Below, piece after piece: positions 63,378 to 64,000 of a stretch of DNA of 64,000 bases (position 1 is its first letter; every line of letters starts with the position of its first letter). Location of the stretch: assembly GCA_951804945.1 (NCBI GenBank), contig OX638149.1, positions 32,116,001 through 32,180,000 of the forward strand, given 5' to 3'. Under the pieces are notes generated by a model that saw only the letters and a list, made by a program, of their open reading frames with translations, was not told the DNA's origin and did not search any database. Source of the stretch: Podarcis cretensis (taxonomy: Eukaryota). The translations under genes were made by a program, and so were the position numbers.

Positions 63378-63390
63378 ATTTATTTATTTA
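63339..63390 (+). repeat. (TTTC)n(TTTA)n microsatellite
   Basis: Tandem tetranucleotide units. Confidence 0.85.
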
Positions 63391-63589
63391 AGATTTTCTT
63401 GTTTTACAGAAGTATGTGTAATGTCTCTCGTATTTTTTCCATGTAACATTTTAACAAATCATTTTCATTTGTTGAGACATTTGGGGAATACAGCCTCATA
63501 TTTGTCACTTTTTAATTTAAGAATCAGGCTAGAGATCAGTTCAGAGCTTGTATGACTTTTCGGAAACCAGATGTCCTCATTTACCATGT

Positions 63590-64000
63590 ATGATTTCTGA
63601 GTCGTTTCAACCTCAGGATTGCTTTGTGGGTTCCACAGGGGGGGATGCACTGGGACAACCGATCTCAGTGATCACGGGTAGGAGGAGGAGTTACGCTAAG
63701 ACCAGACCATGTCATTACAGAGGAGGCAGGTTTAGTTGTTGTCTGAGGACTATCCCTGCCTCCGGGTCTGGTCCTGACCGGATGGATACTAGAATCAGCA
63801 AGGGATACCCACATGACCTGAAGGTGCTGCTGTGCAATGCCAGGTCAGTGATTCATAAGACCACTGCCATCCATGACTTGATCATGGATGGAGGACTTGA
63901 CCTGGCATGTGTAACAGAGACTTGGTTGGATGAAGCAGATGGGCCTGTCCTTGCCGCCGCTTCTCCACCAGGTTTCTCTTACGCACAGCAACCCAGGTCA
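63590..64000 (+). mobile_element. L2/CR1-group LINE ORF with APE endonuclease N-terminus, open to the window end
   Basis: 137 stop-free codons: ...LKVLLCNARSVIHKTTAIHDLIMDGGLDLACVTETWL...PPGFSY..QPRS (APE motifs N-A-R-S and D-x4-TETW). Confidence 0.85.

Overview
Eukaryotic vertebrate DNA, most likely from a squamate lizard. The Sauria SINE, tRNA-Lys/CR1-tail SINE, BovB and L2 content suggests a lacertid; this is inference. The window holds the conserved amniote synteny block TMED10(+) - NEK9(+) - ZC2HC1C(-) - ACYP1(+) - MLH3(+). I reconstructed the gene models by hand from GT-AG boundaries and phase continuity: the last 3 coding exons of TMED10, all 22 coding exons of NEK9 (2895 nt, 964 aa), ZC2HC1C (2 coding exons, 524 aa), ACYP1 (2 coding exons, 99 aa) and MLH3 exons 2-9 (runs off the window end). 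There are three CpG-island promoters, one of them bidirectional (ZC2HC1C/ACYP1) with RFX X-boxes. The introns contain many SINEs, LINE fragments, Tc1/mariner- and hAT-type MITEs and one solo LTR. I see no convincing new multi-gene system. The best leads are smaller: (1) a 62-bp DNA-level copy of the NEK9 exon 9 / intron 9 junction in intron 15 that supplies a poison 5' splice site; (2) apparent loss of the S-S-P PLK1-docking motifs known from human NEK9; (3) an 80-bp hairpin MITE next to a NEK9 3' splice site; (4) an open L2 endonuclease ORF at the window edge that the ORF track missed; (5) possible N-terminally extended ACYP1 isoforms. Comparisons with human proteins are from memory and need alignment.
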